Notes: generated from the sequence alone by a model not told the origin. A DNA stretch of 64,000 nucleotides from Gallionellaceae bacterium (GCA_030823955.1 JAVBYO010000006.1:6951-70950), one strand, 5' to 3'. Shown: positions 21,501 through 31,070, counted from the stretch's first letter. Numbers and translations are program-made.

Positions 21501-22045
21501 TTCGAGACCAGTATGCGATACTCGTCGGACAATGCGCTCACCAGTTCGTGGACGTTCTCCGGCACATCGTCCACCACCAGGATACTGAGATACTGCAAGG
21601 GTGCGCCATCGTTGCCAGAGGGTGCGGAGAGCGGTTTCTTGCGATAGCGCCGTAATTCAAGCTGTGTCAGCACGCGCAAATTGAGCAGGTCGGGATTGAC
21701 CGGCTTGGTGATGTAATCGGCCGCCCCCATCTTCAATCCTTTGGCTTCGTCTGCCGATTCCGACAACGCAGTGACGAAAATGACGGGGATGTCTGCGGTG
21801 GCCGGATCTGCCTTGAGCCTGTGCAACACTTCATAACCATTCATGCCCGGCATCTTGATATCGAGCAGGATCAGATCCGGCTGGGGCTGGTGTGCGGCCA
21901 ATGCCAGCGCCTTCTCACCGCCGGTAGCCGCGACGACCGCGTAGCGGTCACGCAGAATATTCATCATCACGTGCAAGTTCTCACTCACATCATCGACGAT
22001 GAGTATCTTGGCTTTGCTGTTGGCTTTGCTGTTGGTTTTGCTCAT
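18566..22045 (-). CDS. REC-REC-GAF-PAS-GGDEF(degenerate)-EAL-REC signalling protein, probable c-di-GMP phosphodiesterase
   Basis: Two N-terminal receivers (ILIVDDVSEN..LLDIKMPGMNG; ILVVDDVPEN..LLDIMMPEMDG), then GAF and PAS domains. The GGDEF site reads RLSADTFVV. The EAL domain is intact (GAEALIR, DDFGTGYSSL, EGVETEAQ). A third receiver (LLLVDDEEN..LSDQRMPGMSG) sits at the C-terminus. ATGA overlap with the upstream gene. Confidence 0.9.
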   Translation of the reverse strand: MSKTNSKANSKAKILIVDDVSENLHVMMNILRDRYAVVAATGGEKALALAAHQPQPDLILLDIKMPGMNGYEVLHRLKADPATADIPVIFVTALSESADEAKGLKMGAADYITKPVNPDLLNLRVLTQLELRRYRKKPLSAPSGNDGAPLQYLSILVVDDVPENVHELVSALSDEYRILVSNSGRKAIEMVQSATPPDLILLDIMMPEMDGYEVCRHIKTTEAGNRIPVIFLSVIDSTVDKVRGFSIGAADFITKPFDIDEVRSRIRVHLELSRLQHYFEQEVARRTAAEERKTRLYATLSQSNAAIIHSDDAQQLLERISQVILDFGGFSLVWFGQEDSAHQVIPLSIAGAARDYVADLALSTRSDLPAGQGPTGTAIREGRPVVVNDYATHPMTEFWRARAEQYKLRGGISLPIITPDFRGALMVYTDTVNFFDAEVTDLLAKLSDNIAFALSRIHDNAVKKQQENQIKLADRVFSSSADAMLICDADNNIIRINQAFSDITGYAPEEVIGKNPRILKSDKHPPEFYRTLWHTLLLQGSWQGEMWNRRKNGEIFPEWSRINLVKDSDGNTINYFAIFSDLLQKKAVEELEHLKHYDPLTDLPNRALLEDRLESAITHARQYERFIGVMFLNLDHFHTVNDMFGHGGGDDILTITALRLVDSVPSQATVTRLSADTFVVVLPDINTTEEIGRFAERITQKLYQPFTLSVQQVQLSACLGIAVYPLDGEDTASLMQHADAALADAKKSGAKNSFRFYSASMNEHARQLLTMGAELRSAMEQGRLLLHYQPQVDIVTGEIIGAEALIRINHPERGVIMPGEFIPVAEETGLIVPMGAWALREACRQMRQWHEETGSELIIAVNLSTLQLHESNLTETVREVLEQSGLAPQYLELEFTESAIMQNVKETIAIMLQFKTMGLHLSIDDFGTGYSSLSYLKQFPVDKLKIDQSFVSNIARDPNDAAIVQAIIALARTLGMTTIAEGVETEAQLGYLRSVHCKEMQGYLFSRPLPAEEFAALLARGKMATESVSEQVLLLVDDEENVQMSLKRILRREGYTILTASSAEEGLEVMAQNRVNVVLSDQRMPGMSGVEFLRRVKIMYPDAVRMILSGYTEVGTLTDAINKGEIYQFITKPWENEVLIALIREAFVRYELLKRAEKS

Positions 22046-25000
22046 GTCATTCCCCTGAATTTCACATCCGCCGGATTGTTAGATCTGATCCTGTTCATAC
22101 GCTCAAGCAGCGCCCTGATAAGCAGCAGCGCTTCGTCGATAGCGAACATATCCATCTTGGCGGCGATTTCGGCGATGTCCGGTTCCACTTCGCTTCCTGC
22201 CGCCCCGCTGCGCAATTCCGCCAGAGGTTGCTGCGCCGCCCCCAGGTCGGTCTCCAGCAGCGCGGCCAACGCCGCCAGTTTGGCCAACAATTCATCGTAT
22301 GTCAGTGCAACAACAGTGTCCGGTAGCGGGCTCTTGGACAAAACCAATTCGTCTATCGCCGTCATCACCTGTTGCACCTGTTCGCGCAACTGTTCGAATT
22401 GGGCCGCGTCCGGTCGTTTGCCCTGCTTTAACAAGTTATCCAGTTCGCCTGCACAGGCGAATAACGCGTTGGCACCGAGGTTCCCGCTCACGCCTTTCAA
22501 TGTATGACAGTAAGCTTCGCCGGCAACCAGCCCCTGCGCCTCAATCTGCCGCTGCAACTCACCCGCTGCCGCTGCGTAGTGTTCACGAAAGCGGCGCAAC
22601 TGGCTGCGATAAGCCTCTGTCTTGCCGCCGATGCGACGGATACCCTCCGCCGCATCAATGCCGCGCAAAGACAGTAAATCGGCAGGTAGCGCAGATGCGG
22701 TACGCTGACTTTCGTCCGCAGCACGAGCCGTCAACCGGTCTGTCGGCAACCATTTGGCCAATGTCGCCACCAGCCGCCGCGGATCGACCGGCTTGGTGAT
22801 GTGATCGTTCATGCCGGCCTGGCGGCTCTTTTCTTCATCCTGCGCCATCGCCAACGCGGTCATGGCGATGATGGGCAATTCAGCATAGCGCTCATTTCCA
22901 GTTTGCTGCGCCAATGCGCGAATGTGCCGGGCCGCATCCAAACCGTCCATCACCGGCATCTGGATATCCATCAACACCGCATCGTAGCCCCGCTGCTGCA
23001 CCTGCTCCACGGCATCCGCACCATTCACAGCAGTGTCCACCTCGATGTTCATGCTGCGCAGCAGTTCCGTGGCAAATTCGCGGTTTATCTCGTTGTCTTC
23101 TACCAGCAACAAACGGGTTCCGGCGAAATCATGGCCATCGCCGGCATCGTCCGTTTCCCGTTCAGACTGGCCTATTTCCATGATACGCCCGCGCCCCAGC
23201 GTGGTGAGTACCGTATCGAGCAGCGTGGAAGGGGAAACCGGCTTGACCAGAAAGCTGTTTATTCCGGCCCGGTCGGCCATCTTGACCACCTCCTCACGCC
23301 CGTAGGCGGTGACCATCACTATTTTGGGTTGCCGCAGGGCCGGGTCGGCGTGGATGAGACGGGCCACCTCGTCGCCGTTCATGCCGGGCATGCGCCAGTC
23401 CATCAGTACCAGATCGAATGGCCGCGCGGCCTCCTTCAGCACCTTAAGCGCACTCGAACCACTGGCTGCGACGCTGACTTCAAGGCGCAGGAAACGCAAC
23501 ATCTCGGCGAGTATCTCGCGCGATGCTTCGTTGTCATCCACCACCAGTACGCGGATGCCTTGCAGCAGCGGGCCGGCTTGTTCCAGCAAGGCACGATGGC
23601 GAGCCTGGGCCTGCTCGGCGATCTGAAGCTGCAGCGTGCAGCAGAAAGTGCTGCCTTTGCCCGGCTGCGAATCCTCGATCCAGATGCGTCCACCCATCAA
23701 CTCCACCAGCAACTTGCTGATCGCCAGCCCCAAACCGGTACCGCCGAACTTGCGTGTGGTGGATTGATCGGCCTGGGTGAATTTCTGAAACAGCTTCTCC
23801 TGCACTTCCGGCGCCATGCCGATACCGGTATCGCGCACCGAAACCTGCAAGGTCAACGAGGTTTCGCCAGCCGCCAGGCCGCGGAAGGACAACTCCACTT
23901 CGCCGGCCTCGGTGAATTTGATTGCGTTGCTGCACAGATTGAGCAGCACCTGTCCCAGGCGCAGCGGATCGCCGATCAGCGCGGGCGGAATGCTCGCATC
24001 GTAGCGGATCAAAAACTCGATGCCTTTCTGTTCGGCTTGCATGCCGACCGAATCGGCCAGTTGCTCCAGCACGCCGTCCAGCCCGAACTCGATATTCTCG
24101 ATATGCAGCTTGCCGGCCTCGATCTTGGAGAAATCCAGGATGTCGTTGATGATGCCGAGCAGCGACTGCGCCGCACTCTGGGCCTTTCGCAGGTAGTTGT
24201 GCAGCGTCGGCGACAGCTCCTGCTTCATTGCCAGATACAACATGCCGAGAATGGCGTTCATCGGCGTGCGTATCTCGTGGCTCATATTGGCGAGGAACTG
24301 GGCTTTGGCCTGCGTCGCCGCCTCCGCAACAGCCCGTGCCTGCTGCGCCTCACGCTCGGCGCTCTTGAGCGGCGTGATATCCACGATCAGTCCGACCAAG
24401 CCGCCCGGCGTGCCGTCGGCATTGACGAAGCCGGTCACCGAGTAGAGCGTGTCGTGTGTCTTGCCGTCGGCGAAGACCATGGGTAATTCGCGCGACCGGC
24501 TTCCGGCATGGGCGATCACCGCTTCGTCTTCCGCCTGATAAGCCAGCCTTTCCTGTTCCGGCAGATATTCGAGGTCGAGCACGCGTTTGCCGATGAACTG
24601 TTCGCGCCGGGTGTCGAATATCTGTTCGTAGGCTTTGTTGCAGCCGAGGAAGCGGGTGTCGGCACCTTTGTAGAAGATGGCATTAGGGATGCTGTCGATC
24701 AGTGCCTGCATCAGCGTGAGTTGCTGCGCTATCCTGTTCTGCATGATGCGGTTTTCGGTGATGTCTTCCATCACGCTGACCGCCCCCTTGCTCAAATCGG
24801 AAGGGTCGATGGCGCGCACCGCCATGCGCAGCCAGAAGCGGCTGCCGTCCTTGCGTACCGCTTGGTATTCGCGGGTGTAGGTTTCGCCACGTGCAATCTG
24901 TTCAGCTATCGCCTGTACGGTAACCAGGAAGTCATCCTCGTCGGTGTGCCAGATGCACGCCGATTGGCCGAGCAACTCATTCTCGGTATAACCGAACAAT

Positions 25001-26079
25001 TGTTTCATGCGCCGGTTGCAGCTGCCGATGATGCGGTTCTTGGTCAGTACGATGCCGACGCTGGCCGAATCGAATAGCGCCTGCATTTCCGCGGTACGCT
25101 CCGCGACCAGATGTTCCAGATTGGCGCGTTCCAACTCCAGTTCTCGTGTGCGTTGCGCCACTTGCCAGCGCAGCAGCAAACTGATGCCGAGCAACAGCAG
25201 CACAACTGCCGTTCCCCCGCTCAACGACCACAGCGCCCAGTTCGGCAGCAGGACTTCCTGCGGCGCGGCCATCGCGCGGTGCAAAGCGGTGAAATAGACG
25301 GAATCCGGATCGCGCCGCCAGCGGGTCAGGTGCAAGTCAATCTGCGCCAGCAGTTCGACATTGCGCCCTTTGCCGCTGGCGAAATACAGATTGCTCGGCA
25401 AAAAGACGATGGGCGTTTCCTGTAGCTTGTATTTGTCGCCGTTGCGTGCCGCAAAGAAACTGTTGGTCACTACCGCATCGGCTTCGCCTGCCACCACGGC
25501 GGCATAACCCTGGTCGAGCGATTCCACCGGCACCGGTACATAGCGGTAATTCCCGCTGGCCATGAGTTGCGCGAAGAAGGATTGCTGGATGCCACCTTGC
25601 AGCATGGCGACACGCTTGCCGGACAAGTCGGCGATGGAATGGACTTTGAAGTGCGGCGGGGTATATATCTGCGACCAACTGCTGGCGACCGAGACATTGT
25701 GAAAGTCGAAGCGCAGTGCGCGCTCGGTGGAGAATGCCACATCCGGCATCAGATCCAACTCGCCCCGTTCCAGGCGGTTGAGGCAGTCCGCCCACTGGCA
25801 GGGCACATAATGCAGCGTCCAGCCTTGCGCACGCGCCATCGCGTCGAGCAGTTCGACGAACAATCCGGCGGGACGTCCATGCTCACCGGTATAGATTTTC
25901 GGCGCGTTCTCGTAAAGCCCCACATTGAAGGCGCGCCGTTCAGCACTTCCGCCGCTATGGCTGTTCCATTGCCATGCGGCAAGGGAAAGTCCGAGCAGAA
26001 GCAGGACGGACAGCACAAACTTTACGGTTTGCTTGCTTTTCATGAGCGCCATTCTCTGCAATGAAATTTCGGGCGACAT
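22042..26079 (-). CDS. Hybrid sensor histidine kinase: periplasmic solute-binding (SBP_bac_3-like) domain-TM-PAS-PAS-HisKA-HATPase-REC-REC-Hpt
   Basis: FNVGLYENAPKIY...DLMPDVAFS (PBP type 2), H-box FLANMSHEIRTPMNAILG, G-boxes DTGIGM and GGTGLGL, receivers LMDWRMPGMNG and LMDIQMPVMDG, Hpt CHTLKGVSGNLGA. An alternative ATG lies at 26043. Confidence 0.9.
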   Translation of the reverse strand: MSPEISLQRMALMKSKQTVKFVLSVLLLLGLSLAAWQWNSHSGGSAERRAFNVGLYENAPKIYTGEHGRPAGLFVELLDAMARAQGWTLHYVPCQWADCLNRLERGELDLMPDVAFSTERALRFDFHNVSVASSWSQIYTPPHFKVHSIADLSGKRVAMLQGGIQQSFFAQLMASGNYRYVPVPVESLDQGYAAVVAGEADAVVTNSFFAARNGDKYKLQETPIVFLPSNLYFASGKGRNVELLAQIDLHLTRWRRDPDSVYFTALHRAMAAPQEVLLPNWALWSLSGGTAVVLLLLGISLLLRWQVAQRTRELELERANLEHLVAERTAEMQALFDSASVGIVLTKNRIIGSCNRRMKQLFGYTENELLGQSACIWHTDEDDFLVTVQAIAEQIARGETYTREYQAVRKDGSRFWLRMAVRAIDPSDLSKGAVSVMEDITENRIMQNRIAQQLTLMQALIDSIPNAIFYKGADTRFLGCNKAYEQIFDTRREQFIGKRVLDLEYLPEQERLAYQAEDEAVIAHAGSRSRELPMVFADGKTHDTLYSVTGFVNADGTPGGLVGLIVDITPLKSAEREAQQARAVAEAATQAKAQFLANMSHEIRTPMNAILGMLYLAMKQELSPTLHNYLRKAQSAAQSLLGIINDILDFSKIEAGKLHIENIEFGLDGVLEQLADSVGMQAEQKGIEFLIRYDASIPPALIGDPLRLGQVLLNLCSNAIKFTEAGEVELSFRGLAAGETSLTLQVSVRDTGIGMAPEVQEKLFQKFTQADQSTTRKFGGTGLGLAISKLLVELMGGRIWIEDSQPGKGSTFCCTLQLQIAEQAQARHRALLEQAGPLLQGIRVLVVDDNEASREILAEMLRFLRLEVSVAASGSSALKVLKEAARPFDLVLMDWRMPGMNGDEVARLIHADPALRQPKIVMVTAYGREEVVKMADRAGINSFLVKPVSPSTLLDTVLTTLGRGRIMEIGQSERETDDAGDGHDFAGTRLLLVEDNEINREFATELLRSMNIEVDTAVNGADAVEQVQQRGYDAVLMDIQMPVMDGLDAARHIRALAQQTGNERYAELPIIAMTALAMAQDEEKSRQAGMNDHITKPVDPRRLVATLAKWLPTDRLTARAADESQRTASALPADLLSLRGIDAAEGIRRIGGKTEAYRSQLRRFREHYAAAAGELQRQIEAQGLVAGEAYCHTLKGVSGNLGANALFACAGELDNLLKQGKRPDAAQFEQLREQVQQVMTAIDELVLSKSPLPDTVVALTYDELLAKLAALAALLETDLGAAQQPLAELRSGAAGSEVEPDIAEIAAKMDMFAIDEALLLIRALLERMNRIRSNNPADVKFRGMT

Positions 26080-26083
26080 ATTC

Positions 26084-27337
26084 TCACTTTAAGGCCGCCG
26101 TGTAATTAACAATAAGATGGTGTTCGGTGATGGTGCCGAGGACTCCACCGAGCCGCTGTTCCAGACGTGCCGTGCGGGCCCGCAGCCACAAAGATCTCGC
26201 CCACTCCGGCCATGTTGTGCCGGTCAGCCGGTAATCCACCGTGAAATCGTATTCGGTGTTGTCTGACAGAGCGGCTCCCGTCGCCGGGTTGATAGCACCG
26301 CTTCCAAAGCTGGCCGAACCGTTGAGGGCGAGTCCCGCCATCCCCATGCGCCCGAGATCCAGCGCGGCATCGACGGCGCGCACCTGTTCCCCGGCGCGAT
26401 TGAAGCTGGTGATGATGCGGCAGACATAACCCTGCCACGAGCCGAACGGTGTGCGATAAGCGGCGGATGAACCGGTCTGCATCAAGCTGCCGGAAAGCAT
26501 GAGAGGCCCGCGCAACCAGTCGAGTTTGATGCCCGTCGAGCTGGTGGAAAATGCCGAGCCGGTGAGCCGATTGGCACCCGTGCTGCTCTGCCGCATATAT
26601 TGTCCGCCAAGGCGCAGCGTATCGTCGTGGCCGAGCGGCAAGATGTTGCTCAGATCGACATAAGTCGATGTGAGCACATCCTTGATAAGGTAGCCGGAAA
26701 ATCCAAGGCTCAGGTTCTCATGCGGCACGAAATTCCCGCTCAGCAACAGCATCTGCTCGTTGACGGCGTCCGGCGCCCCGGCCACCGTGGCGACATCGAT
26801 GAATTCGGCTGAATTGCGCGTCTTCATCTTGCCGATGAGGCCTCCGAAATAATCAATCGCACCGCTCTTGCCGCTCAGCGCGATGCCCTGAAATGTACGT
26901 GGCGACATGCGCGTGTCCTGCGGATTGACTTCGTGCTGGTTGACCAGAAAACGTCCCGCCGTCAGCATCTGCGCACCGTGCCTCACGGCGGCAAATGCTT
27001 CGCCGAACACACTGTAGGGCTGTTGTCCGCTCGCCAGCACCGAGGCGCCATCTTTGTCCACCGGGGCATACAGCTTTTGCGAGGTATACCCGGTCACCCC
27101 CAGCTGCACAGTATCGAAAGCCCAGCCGGAGCGATATTCCAACCAGCCCCCGCCCGCCCAGCCGAGAGCATCGGTGGCGGACGATTGTTCGCGTTCGAGA
27201 AAGTGCGAGCGCAATTGCAGCGTCAGCCTGCTGTCGCGCACAAAAGACGACGGCTCGTGTTTGACAATTTCGGCGTCACACAGCGGGGATGCGCAGATCA
27301 AAAAAAAGATCAGTGGCAGAAATGCCGTGTTGCCCAT
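26084..27337 (-). CDS. OprD-family outer-membrane porin
   Basis: Signal peptide MGNTAFLPLIFFLICASPLCDA, then FVRDSRLTLQLRSHFLERE and alternating beta-strand patterns typical of OprD. The ATG at 27337 leaves a 46-nt gap to the upstream kinase. Confidence 0.75.
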   Translation of the reverse strand: MGNTAFLPLIFFLICASPLCDAEIVKHEPSSFVRDSRLTLQLRSHFLEREQSSATDALGWAGGGWLEYRSGWAFDTVQLGVTGYTSQKLYAPVDKDGASVLASGQQPYSVFGEAFAAVRHGAQMLTAGRFLVNQHEVNPQDTRMSPRTFQGIALSGKSGAIDYFGGLIGKMKTRNSAEFIDVATVAGAPDAVNEQMLLLSGNFVPHENLSLGFSGYLIKDVLTSTYVDLSNILPLGHDDTLRLGGQYMRQSSTGANRLTGSAFSTSSTGIKLDWLRGPLMLSGSLMQTGSSAAYRTPFGSWQGYVCRIITSFNRAGEQVRAVDAALDLGRMGMAGLALNGSASFGSGAINPATGAALSDNTEYDFTVDYRLTGTTWPEWARSLWLRARTARLEQRLGGVLGTITEHHLIVNYTAALK

Positions 27338-27383
27338 TGCCGCCACATGCTCTGGCCCATGCGGCGAGTGAACCGATGATGAG

Positions 27384-30300
27384 CTATTCGGATGCACCAT
27401 TTTCCACCGCGTCCGCCAGTTGAGCGCGCAAAGCTCTGGTCTGATCGAGTGCAGCATCGATGTCGAACACATCCACGCTGGCTGCGATCCCGTTCACGGC
27501 AGATTCCGCTTTACTCCCGGCAACACCGTTGCGCAAAGTGTCAAGCAGCTGTTCCGCCGCCCCCAGATCGCTCTCCAGCAACACGATTAACTCATCCAGC
27601 TGTTTCAGCAAATCCTGCGGAACTGGCTTGTCGGCCGCAACCGGGCGGGCGGGTGCGGAAATGGCGAGGGCATCGATCTCGGCCATGACCCGATCGAGCA
27701 GGATGCGCAGCTGTTCAAACTGTTGCTGCACAGGCGTTTGATTCTGCTTCAGCGAGCTATCCAGAACAGCAAGAGCGGCAAACAACTCATCCGCGCCCAG
27801 ATTGCCGCAAACGCCCTTGAGACTGTGGCAATATTCCTCGCACTCGCGCACGCCGCTTTCTTTGAGCAAGCGCTGCAACTCGTCGATCGCCTGCGGATAA
27901 TGCTCGCGGAAACGCCTCAATTGCCGGAGATAGGCATCGACGTTGCCGCCGATACGATGGATGCCCTGTGCGGCATCGATGCTGTGTAAAGCCGCCAGAG
28001 CGGCGGACAGGTTCATCACACCGGGCTTCTCCGCAGTATTCGCGGATCGGGTGCCGACCGGCAGCCATTTTGCCAGGGTCTTCATCAAGTGTTCGGGATC
28101 GATGGGCTTGGTAATGTGGTCGTTCATACCCGCATCCCGGCTGTTTTTTGCGTCCTGCGCCATCGCCAGCGCGGTCATGGCGATGATGGGCAATGCGACA
28201 AAACGCTCTCCATCCGCTTGTTGTGCCAGTGCGCGAATGTTTCGTGCAGCTGTCAGTCCGTCCATCACCGGCATTTGGATATCCATCAACACGCCGTCGT
28301 AATCATTCTTCTGCACCATGGCTACCGCTTCTGCGCCGTTTGCAACCTCATCGACTTCGATGTGCATGCTGTGCAGCAGCTCAACCGCGAACTCGCGGTT
28401 GATCGGGTTATCCTCCACCAGTAACAGGCGCAGGCCGGAAAAGTCATAACAGGCCAACTCGTGGGATTCAGCATGGGCCCTTCTTTTCATCTCCACGAGA
28501 TGGCTGTATCCCAGAACCGAGAGGAGGGTGTCGAGCAGAGTGGACGGCGACATCGGCTTGACCAGCAAGCCGTTCACCCCCGCCTGCTCCGCCTGTTTGA
28601 GCGCATCTTCATGCCCGTATGTGGTCACCATCACCAGCTTGGGCTGGGGCCGGATGGTGCTGTCGGTACGGATATGCCGGGTGATCTCTTCGCCGCCCAT
28701 GTCGGGCATACTCCAATCTATCAGCACCAGATCGAAGGGGTGACTGCCGGATGCCTTCAGCAGGTTGATCGCCTCGGCTCCACCAGTGGCGGCGGCGATA
28801 TCAAGATTGAAGAAATGCAGCATCTCGGTGAGTATCTCGCGCGAGACGGCATTGTCATCGATGACCAGCACTCGGGTGTTCTTGAGCAGCGGACCGGCCT
28901 GTTTCACCAGTTCGAGCCGCTGTGCTTGTTCCTGTTGCGCGATATCAAGCTGCATCGTGCAGCACATAGTGGTGCCCTTTCCCGGCTGCGAATTTTCTAT
29001 CCAGATACGGCCGCCCATCATCTCGGTCAGATATTTGCTGATGGACAGCCCCAACCCGGTACCGCCGAAGCGGCGGGTGGTGGACTGGTCTGCCTGGGTG
29101 AATTTCTGGAACAGCAGGTTTTGCGTCTCCGGCGACATACCGATACCGGTGTCGCGCACGCAGACTCTCAGGGTGAGCCCCGAATCGGTGATCTCTACAG
29201 CACGGATGTCCAACTCCACCTCGCCACGCTCGGTGAATTTGATCGCGTTGCTGCACAGATTCAACAACACCTGCCCCAGGCGCAGCGGGTCACCGATCAG
29301 GGTGTAAGGGATGTTGGGATCGTAGCGAACGAGAAGCTCGATGTCTTTTTGCGCCGCCTGAAAACTGATCGTGTCGGACAATTGCTCCAACACGGTATCG
29401 AGACTGAATGCGATGTGTTCAATTTCGACTTTCCCGGCCTCGATTTTCGAAAGATCCAGAATGTCGTTGATGATGGACAGCAGTGAATGTGCCGCTCCTT
29501 GGGCCTTGCTCAGGTAATTGCGCTGAGCCGGTGTCAGTTCGGTCTTGAGCGCGAGGTATTGCATGCCGATGATGGCATTCATCGGGGTGCGTATCTCGTG
29601 GCTCATGTTGGCCAGGAACTCGGACTTCGTGCGCGTGAGCTCTTCCGCCAGCGTCTTCGCTTTCAGCATCTCCGCAGCGGCCACATGTTCGGCATTGATG
29701 TCTTCGATCAACCCCAGCAAGGCTTGCCGTGCCTGATCCGACTTGGCGAGTAATGCGCGGATCTCGCTCTCCGACTCGCGCCGCTGGGTGATGTCGCGCG
29801 CGATGCCCAATACCCCGATGAGGATGCCGTTGTTATCACGCACCGGCATCTTGATGGTCTCGGCCAAGACGCGTTGGCCGGTCTCCGCAATGGTCAGCCA
29901 TTCCTCGTTAGTACGCGCCACACCGGCTGCACTGGCAGCCAGGTCATTGGCACGAAAGAAATCCGCCAGTTCGCGCGGGACAAAGTCGTAATCGGTCTTG
30001 CCGACGATATCGGCTTCTTTTGCGCCGAAGAGCCGTTCGAAAGCATGGTTGCAGGCAAGATAGACACCCTCGTTGTCTTTCATCCAGACGAGATCAGGGA
30101 TGGTACGCACCAGTGTGCTTAACAACGCTTCATTGGTCACGATGGCCGCACTCATATGCTCCCGTTCCGCTTCGACTTGCGCCAGATATCTGGCGACCCA
30201 TAGCACCAGTGAACTGAGGATGACAACATAGGCAAGCGCGACGAGCGCAACGCCAAAATCCGGCTGGTATAGATGGAAGTCTTCTCCTGTCAGCTTGAGC

Positions 30301-31070
30301 CAGCCGATCAGAGGCGGAAGGAACAGGGTTGCCGGTAATAGCCTGCGAGTTATAGCGCCACTGCTGTCACGCCGCCTGAACAGCGCGACCACGCCATGTT
30401 CGGGTTGTGCGCAGAGCAGGCCCGTGCCCAGCAACATGAGCGCCAACACCGTGTTCGCCGCCAGCTGTACGGCATATTCCAGCCCATAGGAGCTGTCGGT
30501 ATCGTAGAGATAGATCAGCCCCGATGCGAGAGCAATAAATGTGACCACCACAGCGAGTGCCGCAATGAGCCAACGCTGACGGGGTGACTTGCCATCCAGA
30601 AACAATGCCGAGCCCAGCAACATGAAACACAGCGCACTCGCCGGAGCCATACGCCCCGGAGGCAGGGAGCCAACTGCTCCAGCGGCTTCCTGAAACAGCC
30701 ATTGGTCGATACCGAAGTCGCTCGCAGTCAGATATTCCAGTGCGGAGAGTAATCCTATCAGGATGACAAGGCCGGACAAGATGCGCCGGACAAACTGTCC
30801 GCGTGAGGAAGGAAGCGTGACTTCGCGTGCCTTCAGCCACAGCGCCACCCCGCTCAGGAGGAAACAAATCGCCGTATTGGCTTTCATCGCCACCCAGTCT
30901 GGGTGGATACTCTTCAACGTCGCGCTGTCCACCAGCCAGCCGAGCAGTACGATGGCACCAATCGAGGCTGCGGCCATTCCCGCCGATTTGGCGAGCAACA
31001 ACCAGAAGTGGGCATTCTCCCAGCGCCGGGGAGTGATGACTTCGGCTGCGGTAGCAAAACCGCTATGCAT
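27384..31070 (-). CDS. Hybrid sensor histidine kinase: polytopic N-terminal membrane domain-PAS-HisKA-HATPase-REC-REC-Hpt
   Basis: About 8 hydrophobic helices, then PAS, then FLANMSHEIRTPMNAIIG, DTGIGM, GGTGLGL, LIDWSMPDMGG, LMDIQMPVMDG and Hpt CHSLKGVCGNLGA. I prefer the ATG at 31070 (GGGAGGAAG 5 nt upstream) over the GTG at 31091. It overlaps the upstream stop codon by 8 nt. Confidence 0.9.
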   Translation of the reverse strand: MHSGFATAAEVITPRRWENAHFWLLLAKSAGMAAASIGAIVLLGWLVDSATLKSIHPDWVAMKANTAICFLLSGVALWLKAREVTLPSSRGQFVRRILSGLVILIGLLSALEYLTASDFGIDQWLFQEAAGAVGSLPPGRMAPASALCFMLLGSALFLDGKSPRQRWLIAALAVVVTFIALASGLIYLYDTDSSYGLEYAVQLAANTVLALMLLGTGLLCAQPEHGVVALFRRRDSSGAITRRLLPATLFLPPLIGWLKLTGEDFHLYQPDFGVALVALAYVVILSSLVLWVARYLAQVEAEREHMSAAIVTNEALLSTLVRTIPDLVWMKDNEGVYLACNHAFERLFGAKEADIVGKTDYDFVPRELADFFRANDLAASAAGVARTNEEWLTIAETGQRVLAETIKMPVRDNNGILIGVLGIARDITQRRESESEIRALLAKSDQARQALLGLIEDINAEHVAAAEMLKAKTLAEELTRTKSEFLANMSHEIRTPMNAIIGMQYLALKTELTPAQRNYLSKAQGAAHSLLSIINDILDLSKIEAGKVEIEHIAFSLDTVLEQLSDTISFQAAQKDIELLVRYDPNIPYTLIGDPLRLGQVLLNLCSNAIKFTERGEVELDIRAVEITDSGLTLRVCVRDTGIGMSPETQNLLFQKFTQADQSTTRRFGGTGLGLSISKYLTEMMGGRIWIENSQPGKGTTMCCTMQLDIAQQEQAQRLELVKQAGPLLKNTRVLVIDDNAVSREILTEMLHFFNLDIAAATGGAEAINLLKASGSHPFDLVLIDWSMPDMGGEEITRHIRTDSTIRPQPKLVMVTTYGHEDALKQAEQAGVNGLLVKPMSPSTLLDTLLSVLGYSHLVEMKRRAHAESHELACYDFSGLRLLLVEDNPINREFAVELLHSMHIEVDEVANGAEAVAMVQKNDYDGVLMDIQMPVMDGLTAARNIRALAQQADGERFVALPIIAMTALAMAQDAKNSRDAGMNDHITKPIDPEHLMKTLAKWLPVGTRSANTAEKPGVMNLSAALAALHSIDAAQGIHRIGGNVDAYLRQLRRFREHYPQAIDELQRLLKESGVRECEEYCHSLKGVCGNLGADELFAALAVLDSSLKQNQTPVQQQFEQLRILLDRVMAEIDALAISAPARPVAADKPVPQDLLKQLDELIVLLESDLGAAEQLLDTLRNGVAGSKAESAVNGIAASVDVFDIDAALDQTRALRAQLADAVENGASE

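Noticed and set aside
22801-24486. 561-aa plus-strand ORF, and similarly the 28461-29486 plus-strand ORF
   Set aside because: Both are antisense to the catalytic cores of the two hybrid kinases, are H/Q/R-rich, and carry no motifs. The same artefact appears in both paralogs, as expected from mirrored codon bias.
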